Shown: piece by piece, positions 32,468 through 41,888 of the stretch | Numbering within the stretch: the first letter of the stretch is position 1 | Layout: each line of letters starts with the position of its first letter | Origin: Alphaproteobacteria bacterium | GTDB taxonomy: Bacteria; Pseudomonadota; Alphaproteobacteria; GCA-2731375 | Assembly: GCA_965225945.1 (NCBI GenBank) | Contig: CBDDBZ010000033.1 | Location: 32,001 to 96,000, forward strand | Direction: 5' to 3' | Length of the DNA stretch: 64,000 nt | The notes under the pieces: generated by a model | Told to the model about the DNA's origin: nothing | Database searches by the model: none | What the model saw: only the letters and a program-made list of their open reading frames with translations | Made by a program: the position numbers and the translations under genes

Positions 32468-34063
32468 GTAACTGCCCAGGTAGCTGATTTCGATGAGGCT
32501 GCGGATTGGGTCTCTGGGGGCAGATTTTGTGGGTTTGGGGCGCTGACGGCCTAGATTTCGTTTGACATAGGGTGGTTGGTCGATTCTAAGGATTCGATGG
32601 ATAGGGATGTTCTTGCCTTTTTGTCGAAAGACGAGCTGATCGATGTGGTGCTGGCCCAAGGGTCGCGGCTCGCCGAGTTCGAACTCCGGCTTGGTGAACT
32701 CGAGCGCCGGCTTGGCCTGAACAGCACGAACAGCGGCAAGCCACCGTCGAGCGATGGATTGAACAAGCCACCGGCGGGTAAAAAGAAGCGCACCAGGAGC
32801 CTCCGTAAGAAATCGGCCCGCAAGCCGGGCGGGCAAAAGGGCCACAAGGGCGAGACCCTGCGCCAAGTCGCCGATCCCGACGCCACCGTCGACCATTATC
32901 CCGAGACGTGCCAGTGGTGTGGTTCGGGATTGACGCCGGATATGGCTACCGGCCATGGGGCCCGCCAGGTTTTCGATCTACCCGAGCCCCGGCCCCTGGT
33001 GGTCACGGAGCATCGGGCGCATCGCTGCCGTTGCGGGCATTGCGGCACGTACACTCGGGCTTCTTTTCCCGTCGCCATCACCGGCCCGGTTCAATACGGC
33101 GCTCGGATCGGAGCCATGGTGGTCTACCTGTCGCACTACCAACTCCTGCCCGAGGACCGCCTGGCTGAATTGATGAAGGATCTGTTCGGGGCGGAACTGT
33201 CTCCGGCGAGCCTCGCGCGGAGGGGCGGGAACAGCGCCGAGTCCGTCCAAGGCGTCGTCGATGTGATCCGCGAACTGGTGAAATCGGCGCCGGTCAAGCA
33301 CATGGACGAGACCGGCTTGCGGATCGCCGGGCGGACCCAATGGTTGCACGTCGCCTCGACCGCGCGGTTGACCTTCTATCGGGTCTCGGAGCGACGCGGC
33401 AGCCTGCTCGGCGGAGTCGGCGGCATCGTCGTCCATGACCACTGGAAGCCGTACTTTACGATGGAGGGCGTACGGCACGCGCTGTGCAACGCCCATCACC
33501 TGCGCGAGTTGCAAGCCCTGATCGAGATCGAGAAGGAGGGCTGGGCACGCAAGATGCAGAGACTATTGCGCCGCGCCTGCCACGCGGTAAATCTCGCCCG
33601 GGAGCGGGGCGTGGCGCTGAAACCAGGCCTCGTCGAGCGCTTCCGAGGGTGTTACGACGCGATCACGGCCGAGGGCATCGCCTTTCACGAGGCACAACCT
33701 CCTCTTGCGCCCAGATCGAGCAAGGCCAAGCGCCGGGGAAGCAAGCCGCGCCGCACCGGGCACAACCTTCTCCGGCGCCTTCAGACACACAAGGAAGACG
33801 CGCTGCGCTTCCTCATCAATTTCGCCGTGCCGTTCACCAACAATCAGGCCGAGCAGGACGGGCGCATGATGAAGGTCAAGCAGAAAATCTCCGGCGGCTT
33901 CCGCAGCCAGAAAGGCGCCGAAGACTTTGCCACCGTCCGCGGCTTCATCTCGACCGCCAGAAAACAGGGCTGGAACATCATCCAGGCGCTCATGGAAAAT
34001 CCCGAAACCCTGATCGAGCGTCTCCACGCCGCCTAAAAGGCCACCATGTACCTGGGCAGTTAC
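32468..34063 (+). mobile_element. IS66-family (single-ORF, ISBst12-like) insertion sequence, intact
   Basis: Perfect 15-bp IRs GTAACTGCCCAGGTA / TACCTGGGCAGTTAC; 8-bp TSD AACATATG at 32460-32467 and 34064-34071. Confidence 0.95.
32576..34036 (+). CDS. IS66 transposase
   Basis: NSxNSxKPPSSD, CxxC/CxCxxC zinc finger, HMDETG, CNAHHLREL and TNNQAEQDGR motifs. Confidence 0.95.
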   Translation: MVDSKDSMDRDVLAFLSKDELIDVVLAQGSRLAEFELRLGELERRLGLNSTNSGKPPSSDGLNKPPAGKKKRTRSLRKKSARKPGGQKGHKGETLRQVADPDATVDHYPETCQWCGSGLTPDMATGHGARQVFDLPEPRPLVVTEHRAHRCRCGHCGTYTRASFPVAITGPVQYGARIGAMVVYLSHYQLLPEDRLAELMKDLFGAELSPASLARRGGNSAESVQGVVDVIRELVKSAPVKHMDETGLRIAGRTQWLHVASTARLTFYRVSERRGSLLGGVGGIVVHDHWKPYFTMEGVRHALCNAHHLRELQALIEIEKEGWARKMQRLLRRACHAVNLARERGVALKPGLVERFRGCYDAITAEGIAFHEAQPPLAPRSSKAKRRGSKPRRTGHNLLRRLQTHKEDALRFLINFAVPFTNNQAEQDGRMMKVKQKISGGFRSQKGAEDFATVRGFISTARKQGWNIIQALMENPETLIERLHAA

Positions 34064-34224
34064 AACATATGTTGTGATTATTTTGTCCCAATCCAACTGT
34101 TTGGCATGATCTTCGGAGTCTTTGGATTGGCACACGAACCTTTGAACTACTGGATACTTGGAATTCTAGGTGCTGCATTGAACATTGCCGAGAGGGCGGT
34201 TGTCCTCGTGATCCGTTCATATCT

Positions 34225-34350
34225 TTGGCAACGGCAATACAGAACCGCAGAAGCGATCGACCTGCTACAACCTGTTTACGATTGGTTCAGCGACGTCTTC
34301 GGCACGCCAGACCTGACAGGCACTAAGGCACTATTGAAGGAGCTGAATAA
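34225..34350 (+). pseudogene. C-terminal remnant of an adenylate/guanylate cyclase-AAA-TPR type protein
   Basis: AEAIDLLQPVYDWFSDVFGTPDLTGTKALLKEL resembles the 'L.PVY.WFTEGF.T.DL..A..LL.EL' tail; low-GC context. Confidence 0.5.
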
Positions 34351-34420
34351 GAAACTTCGAACTTCAATTCTTGGCTACAAGCGCGCGTGAAGGCCATGTC
34401 CGCTCGACGGCGATTCTACC

Positions 34421-35793
34421 TGTCGTTCCTCAAAACCTATTCCGCGGCGCGGGCGGGTCCGAGACGAACGACCCGGGCGACAGTGTCGGTCGTTGGACTC
34501 GGCGGAAAGATTGCAACGGTCGCATCGACCGATATGCACAAGCTGAATGTTGGCGCTGTGTTCTTTTTCTCAACGGTGTCGGCGCAGCGGAAACGGGCCG
34601 CTCGCTTCTTGCAGCACCTCCTGGGACAGTGCCGTTGTCGGTCCTTAGGCCGCGAGGCGCTCGTACCGGTGATGAAGTCCTCCAACTTGAGGAAACGCAA
34701 CCACCTTTCCGCCGTCGGCCGACTGGACGGGCCGTCCGTCGGGCGTATCCTTCCCGAGCGCCAAGTGCGTGCGAGACCCGTGGTAGTAGGCGAGGTAGGA
34801 GCAAAGAATCTGTCGGAGATGGCGCTCGTTGAGAACAATGACGTGGTTCAGACAATCTCGCCTGATCGAGCCGATTGCCCTTTCGACGAACGGATTGACA
34901 AACTTGTGTCCAAGGAACCGGGTGCGATACACTTGCAGCGGACAGTGCCATGGGCTTCGCGGCGCCGTCACAACCTCCTCGATGCCCATCGCCTTCAACC
35001 GCGCCCGAAACTCCTGACCGTACGCCCCGTCCCGATCACACATGATATACCGTGGTGCCGTGTCCCACGGAAAAACCTCGCGGATCTGCTGCGCCACCCA
35101 CGCCGTGGTCGGGTGTGCTGTAACACCGACGTGCTCGATGCGCCGCCGTTCGTGGCGTAGCACGATGAAGACGAACAGAACGGCGAACGTGGCCGTCGGC
35201 ACCACAAAGAAATCGGCCGAGACGAGGCAGCCGACGTGGTTGTCGAGGAACGTCCGCCACGTCTGCGACGGTGGCTTCCGATGCCGCACCATGTACCTCG
35301 ATACCGTCGCCTCCGATGCCTCGATTCCCAGCTTCATGAGTTCGCCGTGGATGCGAGGAGCGCCCCACAAGGGGTTCTCCCGACACATTCGACGGATGAG
35401 TTCGCGGACATCCTTGGGCACCGGAGGCCGTCCTGGTTTGCCGCGCCTGGATTTCCAGGTCCAGAATGCACGAAATCCCCTGCGGTGCCAGCCGATGACG
35501 GTTTCCGGCCTTACGATCACCAGCACCTCGCGCCAGCGCGGCCAAAGGCGGGAAAGGATGACCCAGAACAAGCGGTCGAGCGTCTGGAGCCGCGGCCGTC
35601 GCCGTTCCCGCTTCAGGATTGCCACCTGCTGGCGGAGGGCGAGGTTTTCCAGGTGTAGCGACGCGCGGCTGAGGAAGCTCTCGCGCAGCGTGGTGGAGAG
35701 AATCATGATGGTCGCTTGCATGCCGACGACGGTAGTCGGCAGTGGCCGGAAACGCTATGATTTCTGCGGCAGATGGGGTTTTGACGAGCCACA
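34421..35793 (-). mobile_element. IS481-like element (rve integrase core)
   Basis: TGT...ACA ends with IRs TGTCGTTCCTCAAAACC / TGTGGCTCGTCAAAACC; no clear TSD. Confidence 0.8.
34645..35721 (-). CDS. Integrase-core transposase with a 16-aa in-frame insertion
   Basis: LENLALRQQ, ENPLWGAPRIHGEL, DFFVV, DRDGAYG and ERAIGSIRRDCL motifs; SPW[HCPLQVYRTRFLGHKFV]NPF replaces the usual SPWQNP. Confidence 0.88.
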   Translation of the reverse strand: MQATIMILSTTLRESFLSRASLHLENLALRQQVAILKRERRRPRLQTLDRLFWVILSRLWPRWREVLVIVRPETVIGWHRRGFRAFWTWKSRRGKPGRPPVPKDVRELIRRMCRENPLWGAPRIHGELMKLGIEASEATVSRYMVRHRKPPSQTWRTFLDNHVGCLVSADFFVVPTATFAVLFVFIVLRHERRRIEHVGVTAHPTTAWVAQQIREVFPWDTAPRYIMCDRDGAYGQEFRARLKAMGIEEVVTAPRSPWHCPLQVYRTRFLGHKFVNPFVERAIGSIRRDCLNHVIVLNERHLRQILCSYLAYYHGSRTHLALGKDTPDGRPVQSADGGKVVAFPQVGGLHHRYERLAA

Positions 35794-35972
35794 ACAAGTT
35801 TACGGCGTCGCGTATCTGTTTGTGAGCATTGCGGGCGTCACGACAATTGAGGTCAACCGCGTTATCACTTCGATACTGCTCTAACGATTTTATGCCGATG
35901 TCCCAAGAGAGCCGCCCCCATGCCATGCCACCACGAACACGGACCCGCCCCCCAGCCATCACACATCCTTTC

Positions 35973-36047
35973 AGAGAGGCGTGACATTATCGATGTCGGC
36001 GTTGCGAACTGTGCCGCAATAGTCAGCCCAAGCATCCATCATCTTAC
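35973..36047 (-). pseudogene. C-terminal scar of a second P4-type integrase
   Basis: Reverse strand reads KMMDAWADYCGTVRNADIDNVTPL*, homologous to the tail of the adjacent integrase (KLMEAWAAFC). Confidence 0.65.
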
Positions 36048-36077
36048 CGCAGCCGACTAAAGTTGAGAGAAACGGAA

Positions 36078-37322
36078 TCAGTCGGGATCGAGGTTAGCGG
36101 TACGCCGGAATTGCACGACGCCGCCCTCTGGACCGTGGTCGCAGAACGCGGCCCATGCTTCCATAAGCTTGCGCCACTTGTCGAGCAGGTCGCCCCGGCG
36201 ATATGCCGCTTCAACCTTGTTGCCGACAGTATGGGCGAGAGCGGCCTCGGCGACCTCGCCGGGGAAGGCGGTGCGCTCTGCTGCCCAATCCCGGAACGTC
36301 GACCGAAAGCCGTGCGTGGTCAGTCCCGCGTGTCCCATGCGCTCCAAGAGACGGCGCAAGGCATCGCTCCACAATGGCTGGGCGCCACGCTGGCCGGGGA
36401 AAACGAAGTCATTCACCCGCATCGTCTCCATTTCACACAGCACGGCGACCGCCGCCGGAGAAAGCGGAACGCGGTGCATTACACCCGACTTCATGCGCTC
36501 GCCGGAAACGGTCCATTCCTCCTTGTCGAGATCAACCTCGTCCCATCGCGCGCCGGTAACCTCGCCCGGTCGTGCAGCCGTCAGAATCAGGAACTCCAAT
36601 CCACGGGCTGAGACGCCGTCTCGCTCGCGCAGGGCTTTCGTGAAGGTGGCAATGTCCTCGTAGGGAAGGGCGGCGTGGTGCTTCACCTTGCGGACCTTGC
36701 TGGCCTTGGGGAGAAGGTTTTCAAGGTGGCCGCGCCATCGTGCCGGGTTCTCGCCGGTCCGGTATTCCCGCGCCTTGGCCCAGTCGAGGATAGCCTCGAT
36801 GCGACCGCGTAGTCGGGTCGCCGTCTCGGTCTTGGTTGACCAGATTGGCTCTATCACCTCGGTGACCATGGCAGTATCAACAGCGTCCACCGGCACGTCG
36901 CCAAAGACCGGGAAGGCGTAGGTCGCGAGCGTGTTGCGCCACTGTGCCCGGTGCTTCGGGTTGCGCCAGCCTTTCTCGTGACTGGCAATGAACTTCTCGG
37001 CGCATTCCCTAAAGGTTCGGGACGCGACCGCATCGGCAGCATTGCGGGTGCGCTGAGCGCGTCTTTCCTCGACGGGGTCTATCCCCGCCTTGACGAGCCT
37101 TCGCGCTTCCAGCGCCTTCTCGCGGGCTTCGGCGAGCGATACAACGTCGATACCGCCGAGGCCCATGTCCCGCGACCTGCGACGCAGCATGAATCGATAG
37201 ACCCAGGACTTCGAGCCGCCGCGCGCGACCTGCAGATATAGGCCGCCGCCATCTGAATACAGACCGGGCAGCTTCACCGCTGCGACCGCCCTTGCGGTGA
37301 GTTTGTTCGTCTGCCGTGACAT
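36078..37322 (-). CDS. P4-like tyrosine recombinase (island/prophage integrase)
   Basis: Arm-binding N-terminus (DGGGLYL), TAARPGE, HGFRSTFRDW, LAH and AYRRGD motifs; directly downstream of tRNA-Ser. Confidence 0.95.
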   Translation of the reverse strand: MSRQTNKLTARAVAAVKLPGLYSDGGGLYLQVARGGSKSWVYRFMLRRRSRDMGLGGIDVVSLAEAREKALEARRLVKAGIDPVEERRAQRTRNAADAVASRTFRECAEKFIASHEKGWRNPKHRAQWRNTLATYAFPVFGDVPVDAVDTAMVTEVIEPIWSTKTETATRLRGRIEAILDWAKAREYRTGENPARWRGHLENLLPKASKVRKVKHHAALPYEDIATFTKALRERDGVSARGLEFLILTAARPGEVTGARWDEVDLDKEEWTVSGERMKSGVMHRVPLSPAAVAVLCEMETMRVNDFVFPGQRGAQPLWSDALRRLLERMGHAGLTTHGFRSTFRDWAAERTAFPGEVAEAALAHTVGNKVEAAYRRGDLLDKWRKLMEAWAAFCDHGPEGGVVQFRRTANLDPD

Positions 37323-37486
37323 CGGATCACCTCAATTGCCCATAATCCTACCCATAAAGATAAGGCGGCTTGAGGCGAATTGCAATGGACGAGGGCGAAC
37401 AGATACCTTCTGAATTCTCTATAATATCTGGGAGTTCTTGGACGTTGAGAACCGGTACCTGCTGCGACCGGATGCGAACAGAAAGC

Positions 37487-37576
37487 TGGCGGATGGGGTG
37501 GGATTCGAACCCACGGGGAGCGTTGACTCCCGCCGGTTTTCAAGACCGGTGCATTCGACCACTCTGCCACCCATCC
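37487..37576 (-). tRNA. tRNA-Ser (anticodon UGA)
   Basis: GGATGGGTGGCAGAGTGGTCGAATGCACCGGTCTTGAAAACCGGC...GGTTCGAATCCCACCCCATCCGCCA; 90 nt, long variable arm, encoded CCA. Confidence 0.97.
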
Positions 37577-37724
37577 CCGCGCCCGCGCGGCACCGCCGGG
37601 GTTTACCGCCCGCCGGCGCCGACGACAAGAGCCGGGCCACCCACAATTATCTGCTTGCCCGCGCGACGCTCGGCGCTTAACCAGTCGTGTCGCGCCGATT
37701 TCCGGGGCGACGGGGTGCGAAACC

Positions 37725-37988
37725 ATGCGTCGTTGGGCCTTGTCGAGTGTCATGCTGTTCGGCCTCGCCGCCTGTGCCTCGGGCGACGAAGTGGCGGGCG
37801 AGCTGAACATGGCGCTCTCGTGCCAGCTCAAACCCTGTATCTGCGCCGCCCGGGACGCGACCTTGTTTTTCGCCCGCAAGACCTCGCCGGTGCGCTGGCG
37901 CCAGAGCGGCGATGCCTATTGCGACGCGGGCTTCCGGCTGGAGTTCGGCGAGGGTGATGAGAAGAGGCGGCGCGGCGGCCGGGGGTAA
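37725..37988 (+). CDS. Small Cys-containing lipoprotein, hypothetical
   Basis: Signal peptide with lipobox LAAC; four further Cys; first gene of the co-oriented run. Confidence 0.65.
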   Translation: MRRWALSSVMLFGLAACASGDEVAGELNMALSCQLKPCICAARDATLFFARKTSPVRWRQSGDAYCDAGFRLEFGEGDEKRRRGGRG

Positions 37989-37992
37989 AACT

Positions 37993-38574
37993 ATGCGAAG
38001 GCTCATTCATGGCGTGGTGGCGGTGCTTCTATTTCACGGCGGCGCGCTCGCCCAGGACTCCGAGCGCCTGCGGGCCCTCAAGGCCGACAAGGCGTGCGAG
38101 GCATGCGACCTCGCGGGCGTCGATCTCCACAACAGCTTTCTGGCCGGCGCGCGGCTCGCAGGCGCCAACCTCGCCGGCGCCAATCTCAACCGGAGCTTCC
38201 TCAAGGGCGCCGACCTGAGGCGTGCCAATCTCGCCGGCGCCGATCTGCGCAAGGCCTCGCTCGCCGGCGCGGAGCTGGCGGGCGCCGACCTAACCGGGGC
38301 CCGGCTGGACAAGGCGAACCTCCGGGGCGCCGACCTTTCCGGCGCCAAGCTCTCCGCCGCCAATCTCGCCAAGGCCAACCTCGCGGGCGCGAACCTGAGC
38401 AAGGCCGATCTCTCGGGCGCCGTGCTGCGCAAGGCGACGCTCACCGGCGCCGATCTGAAATCGGCCATCCTCGCCGGCGCCGTGCTCGAGGGCGCCGACC
38501 TCACCGGCGCCGACCTCGAAGGGGCCGACCTCACCGACGCCAAGCTCGACGGCGTGATCGGCTACGAGCCATGA
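37993..38574 (+). CDS. Exported pentapeptide-repeat protein
   Basis: Signal peptide, CxxCDL cap, then more than 25 A(D/N)LxG-type pentapeptides. Confidence 0.92.
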   Translation: MRRLIHGVVAVLLFHGGALAQDSERLRALKADKACEACDLAGVDLHNSFLAGARLAGANLAGANLNRSFLKGADLRRANLAGADLRKASLAGAELAGADLTGARLDKANLRGADLSGAKLSAANLAKANLAGANLSKADLSGAVLRKATLTGADLKSAILAGAVLEGADLTGADLEGADLTDAKLDGVIGYEP

Positions 38575-39557
38575 CCCCGTCGTCGATCTTGCCGCGCCTG
38601 GCGGCGCTCGGCGTGCTCTGGGCGCTCGGCGTGGCGACGACCAGCGCGAAGCCCGAGAGCTTCGAGAGCTGGCTCGTGGCGCTCCGGGCCGAGGCCTTGA
38701 AGAAGGGCGTCGGGAGCGAGACGCTGGAGGCCGCGTTTCGAGGCGTGAAACCGCTCGCGCGGGTGATCGAGTTGGATCGTCATCAGCCCGAATTCACCCT
38801 CACCTTCGAGCAATACATCACCCGCGTGGTGTCGCGCTCGCGCATCGAGGCGGGCCGTGCGCGTCTCGCCAAGCACCGCGCGCTGTTGGACAAGGTGGCC
38901 GAGGCCCACCGGGTGCAGCCGCGCTTCATCGTCGCGCTGTGGGGGATCGAGTCCGATTTCGGCCGCGTGACCGGCGGCTTTCGAGTGATTCCCGCGCTGG
39001 CGACCCTGGCCCACGACGGCCGGCGCGGGGCCTATTTTCGGCGCGAACTGCTGGCCGCGCTGAAGATCCTCGATGAAGGCCATATCGGCGTGCGCGAGAT
39101 GGTCGGCTCGTGGGCCGGCGCGATGGGCCAGAGCCAGTTCATGCCGTCGAGCTTCCGTGCCTATGCGCGCGATTTCGATGGCGACGGCCGCCGCGACATT
39201 TGGACGACGCTGCCGGACGTCTTCGCCTCCGCCGCCAACTATCTCTCTCGATCCGGCTGGCGCGCCGACCAGACCTGGGGCCGCCGCGTGCGCCTGCCGA
39301 AGGGCTTCCAGCGATCCCTCGCCGATCTGGGGGTGCGCCGGACGATTCCCAAATGGGCGGCGCTCGGCGTGCGCAAGGCGAACGGCGAGGAACTGCCCAC
39401 CCGCCCGCTACGCGCCTCGATCATCATTCCGAGCAAGAGCGGCGGCGGACCCGCCTTCATCGTCTACGACAACTACCGAACCCTTCTGAAGTGGAACCGT
39501 TCGCACTTTTTCGCCCTCGCGGTCGGACGCCTCTCGGATGCCATCGGCGCGCCTTGA
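38571..39557 (+). CDS. Lytic murein transglycosylase (SltB/MltB family)
   Basis: VALWGIESDFG, GSWAGAMGQSQFMPSS, DFDGDGRRDIW and WNRS motifs. Confidence 0.93.
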   Translation: MTPSSILPRLAALGVLWALGVATTSAKPESFESWLVALRAEALKKGVGSETLEAAFRGVKPLARVIELDRHQPEFTLTFEQYITRVVSRSRIEAGRARLAKHRALLDKVAEAHRVQPRFIVALWGIESDFGRVTGGFRVIPALATLAHDGRRGAYFRRELLAALKILDEGHIGVREMVGSWAGAMGQSQFMPSSFRAYARDFDGDGRRDIWTTLPDVFASAANYLSRSGWRADQTWGRRVRLPKGFQRSLADLGVRRTIPKWAALGVRKANGEELPTRPLRASIIIPSKSGGGPAFIVYDNYRTLLKWNRSHFFALAVGRLSDAIGAP

Positions 39558-39633
39558 GCTGGATACGGCGACGCGCGCCTCTCTTGTTCTCATCTCGTTC
39601 TCGCGCTATATGACCAGATCCTGACGGTAGGGA

Positions 39634-40656
39634 ATGCACGGACACGATATCATGTGTCGGGCGAAGCGTTGGCATCGTAATTTCGGGCGATATCATATTT
39701 TGGCGGCGATCGCCGTGCTTCAGCTCGCGGCCTGCGCCGAGACGAAGTTGGTCTTGCACGTGGCCAAGAGGATCGGCGAGGCGGGCGTGGATGCGTCCAG
39801 TGGCGAACCACCGCCCGTCAGCGGCGAAAAGATCAGGGTCGGCAAGCCCTATCAGGTGAAGGAGGTCTGGTACTATCCCAAGCGCCAGCCCGACTACGAC
39901 GAGACCGGCATCGCCTCGTGGTACGGCGAGAAGTTTCACGGCCGCCGGACCGCCAACGGCGAGATCTACGACATGAACGCGCTGACGGCGGCGCACAAGA
40001 CGCTGCCGCTGCCGACCAACGTGCGCGTCACCAACCTCACGAACGGCCGGTCCATGATCCTGAGGGTGAACGACCGGGGCCCCTTCGCGCACGGCCGCAT
40101 CATCGACGTTTCGCGCCGGGCGGCGCAGTTGCTCGGCTTCCAGGGCGCGGGCACGGCCAAGGTCCGCGTCCAGGCGATGGAGCGCGGCGAGGTCAAAGTG
40201 GCGGATCGGGCCGAGACCACGGCGGCGGAACGCAAGGCCTTGCCGGCGCTGCCGAGGAAAGGGGTCCAGTCCCAGCGCCTGGCGCCGCCACCGGGGACCC
40301 GAGAGGCTCGGGCCAGGCTGCGCGATGGCGCCTCGGTCACGCGGGTCGCCGCCGCCCCGCCACGTAGCGATGCCCTCCTCGCCCGGGACGAGCCGTCGGT
40401 GGCGGTCGCCGTCCAGCCGGTGAAGCCGACGCGGATATTCATTCAGGCCGGTTCCTTCATAAAATACGACAACGCCCATCGCCTTCGTGCTCGTCTCGCC
40501 TACCTCGGACCGACGAAGATCAAAGCCGTCTGGGTGCGGGAACGCGAATTCTTCCGGGTCCGGGTCGGACCGGTGCAGACGGTGGAGAGGGCCGACGGCA
40601 TTCTCGATTCGGTCATCGCCAAGGGGATCACGGACGCGCGCATCATCGTCGATTGA
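39634..40656 (+). CDS. rlpA: Septal ring lytic transglycosylase RlpA
   Basis: GIASWYG, TANGE, AAHKTLPLP and NDRGPF motifs; C-terminal SPOR domain. Confidence 0.95.
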   Translation: MHGHDIMCRAKRWHRNFGRYHILAAIAVLQLAACAETKLVLHVAKRIGEAGVDASSGEPPPVSGEKIRVGKPYQVKEVWYYPKRQPDYDETGIASWYGEKFHGRRTANGEIYDMNALTAAHKTLPLPTNVRVTNLTNGRSMILRVNDRGPFAHGRIIDVSRRAAQLLGFQGAGTAKVRVQAMERGEVKVADRAETTAAERKALPALPRKGVQSQRLAPPPGTREARARLRDGASVTRVAAAPPRSDALLARDEPSVAVAVQPVKPTRIFIQAGSFIKYDNAHRLRARLAYLGPTKIKAVWVREREFFRVRVGPVQTVERADGILDSVIAKGITDARIIVD

Positions 40657-40712
40657 CGGGCGAGGCACGCCAGCTTGACCCCTACCCACGGGCAAGCGCA
40701 GGATCGGCCCTC

Positions 40713-41879
40713 ATGACGCGGTTTCGAACATCTTTCGGCGCGCTCGCGCTTCTGCTCGGTGGCCTCTGGGGTGGAATTTGGGGCGGCCTCTGGGCGACGC
40801 CGCTCGCCGCCCTCGAGACCCCGGCGCGCCACGCCCTATTGGTCGATTTCGACACCGGCGCGGTGCTGCTGGAAAAGGACGCCGAGGCGCCGATGGCGCC
40901 CGCCTCGATGTCGAAGTTGATGACCGTCTACCTGGTCTTCCAGGCGCTGAAGGAGCAGGGCCTCGGCCTCGACGATACCTTCGTCGTCTCCAAGAAGGCC
41001 TGGAAGATGGGCGGCTCCAGGATGTTCGTCGAGGTCGGCAAGGAGGTTCGCGTCGAGGACCTGCTGAAGGGCGTCATCATCCAGTCGGGCAACGATGCCT
41101 GCATCGTGCTGGCCGAGGGGCTCGCCGGCAGCGAGGAGGCCTTCGTCGAGGAGATGAACGCGGTCGCCGCCAAGATCGGCTTGGAGGACAGCCATTTCAC
41201 CAACTCGAGCGGGTGGCCCGACCCCGAACACGTGATGAGCGCCTGGGATCTCGCGCGCCTGACTGAGCGGCTGATCCGCGACTTTCCCAAGGGCTACGAG
41301 CTCTTCAAGGTCAAGGAGTTCACCTACAACAAGATTCGCCAAGGCAATCGCAATCCGTTGCTTTACAAGAACCTGGGCGCCGACGGCCTGAAGACCGGCC
41401 ACACCAAGGGCTCGGGCTACGGCCTGGTCGCCTCCGCCAGGCGCAAGGAACGCCGCCTGATCCTGGTGCTCAACGGCCTCGAGAGTGTCAATCAGCGATC
41501 CCGCGAGAGCGCCCGCCTGCTGGGCTGGGGATTTCGTCAGTTCCAGAACTACCGGCTGTTCGACGTCGGCGAGGAGGTCGGCCGGGCGGGGGTTTGGTTG
41601 GGGACCGCGGACACGGTTTCCCTCGTGTTGGAGCGACCGCTGAGCGCCACCTTGCCGCGCAAGGCGCGCAAGGAGATGAAGGTCACAATCGTCTACGACG
41701 GCCCGGTGCCGGCGCCGATCACCAAGGGCGCGCGGATCGCGACGTTGCGGGTCGAGGCCAAGGGGATCGACCCGGTTGAGTATCCGCTGCTGGCGGCGGA
41801 CGACGTCGGACGGCGGGGCCCGTTCGGGCGGCTCTGGGGGGCGCTGACCTATCTCGCCCTGGGCGCCGGCGCCAACTAA
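40713..41879 (+). CDS. dacA: D-alanyl-D-alanine carboxypeptidase (PBP5/6 family)
   Basis: SxxK (ASMSK), SGN and KTG motifs; start placed at MTRFRT. Confidence 0.92.
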   Translation: MTRFRTSFGALALLLGGLWGGIWGGLWATPLAALETPARHALLVDFDTGAVLLEKDAEAPMAPASMSKLMTVYLVFQALKEQGLGLDDTFVVSKKAWKMGGSRMFVEVGKEVRVEDLLKGVIIQSGNDACIVLAEGLAGSEEAFVEEMNAVAAKIGLEDSHFTNSSGWPDPEHVMSAWDLARLTERLIRDFPKGYELFKVKEFTYNKIRQGNRNPLLYKNLGADGLKTGHTKGSGYGLVASARRKERRLILVLNGLESVNQRSRESARLLGWGFRQFQNYRLFDVGEEVGRAGVWLGTADTVSLVLERPLSATLPRKARKEMKVTIVYDGPVPAPITKGARIATLRVEAKGIDPVEYPLLAADDVGRRGPFGRLWGALTYLALGAGAN

Positions 41880-41888
41880 GCGGGCGCG

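Noticed and set aside
7700-36000. Prophage or att-bounded island from tRNA-Ser
   Set aside because: No phage structural genes, and no duplicated tRNA 3' end found by eye, so the left boundary cannot be supported.
37487-37576. tRNA-Sec to partner the selenoprotein
   Set aside because: The anticodon is UGA (reads UCA, Ser), not UCA, and the 7-bp acceptor stem is canonical.
38100-38550. Periodic 15-bp DNA repeats
   Set aside because: Fully explained by the pentapeptide-repeat protein coding sequence.
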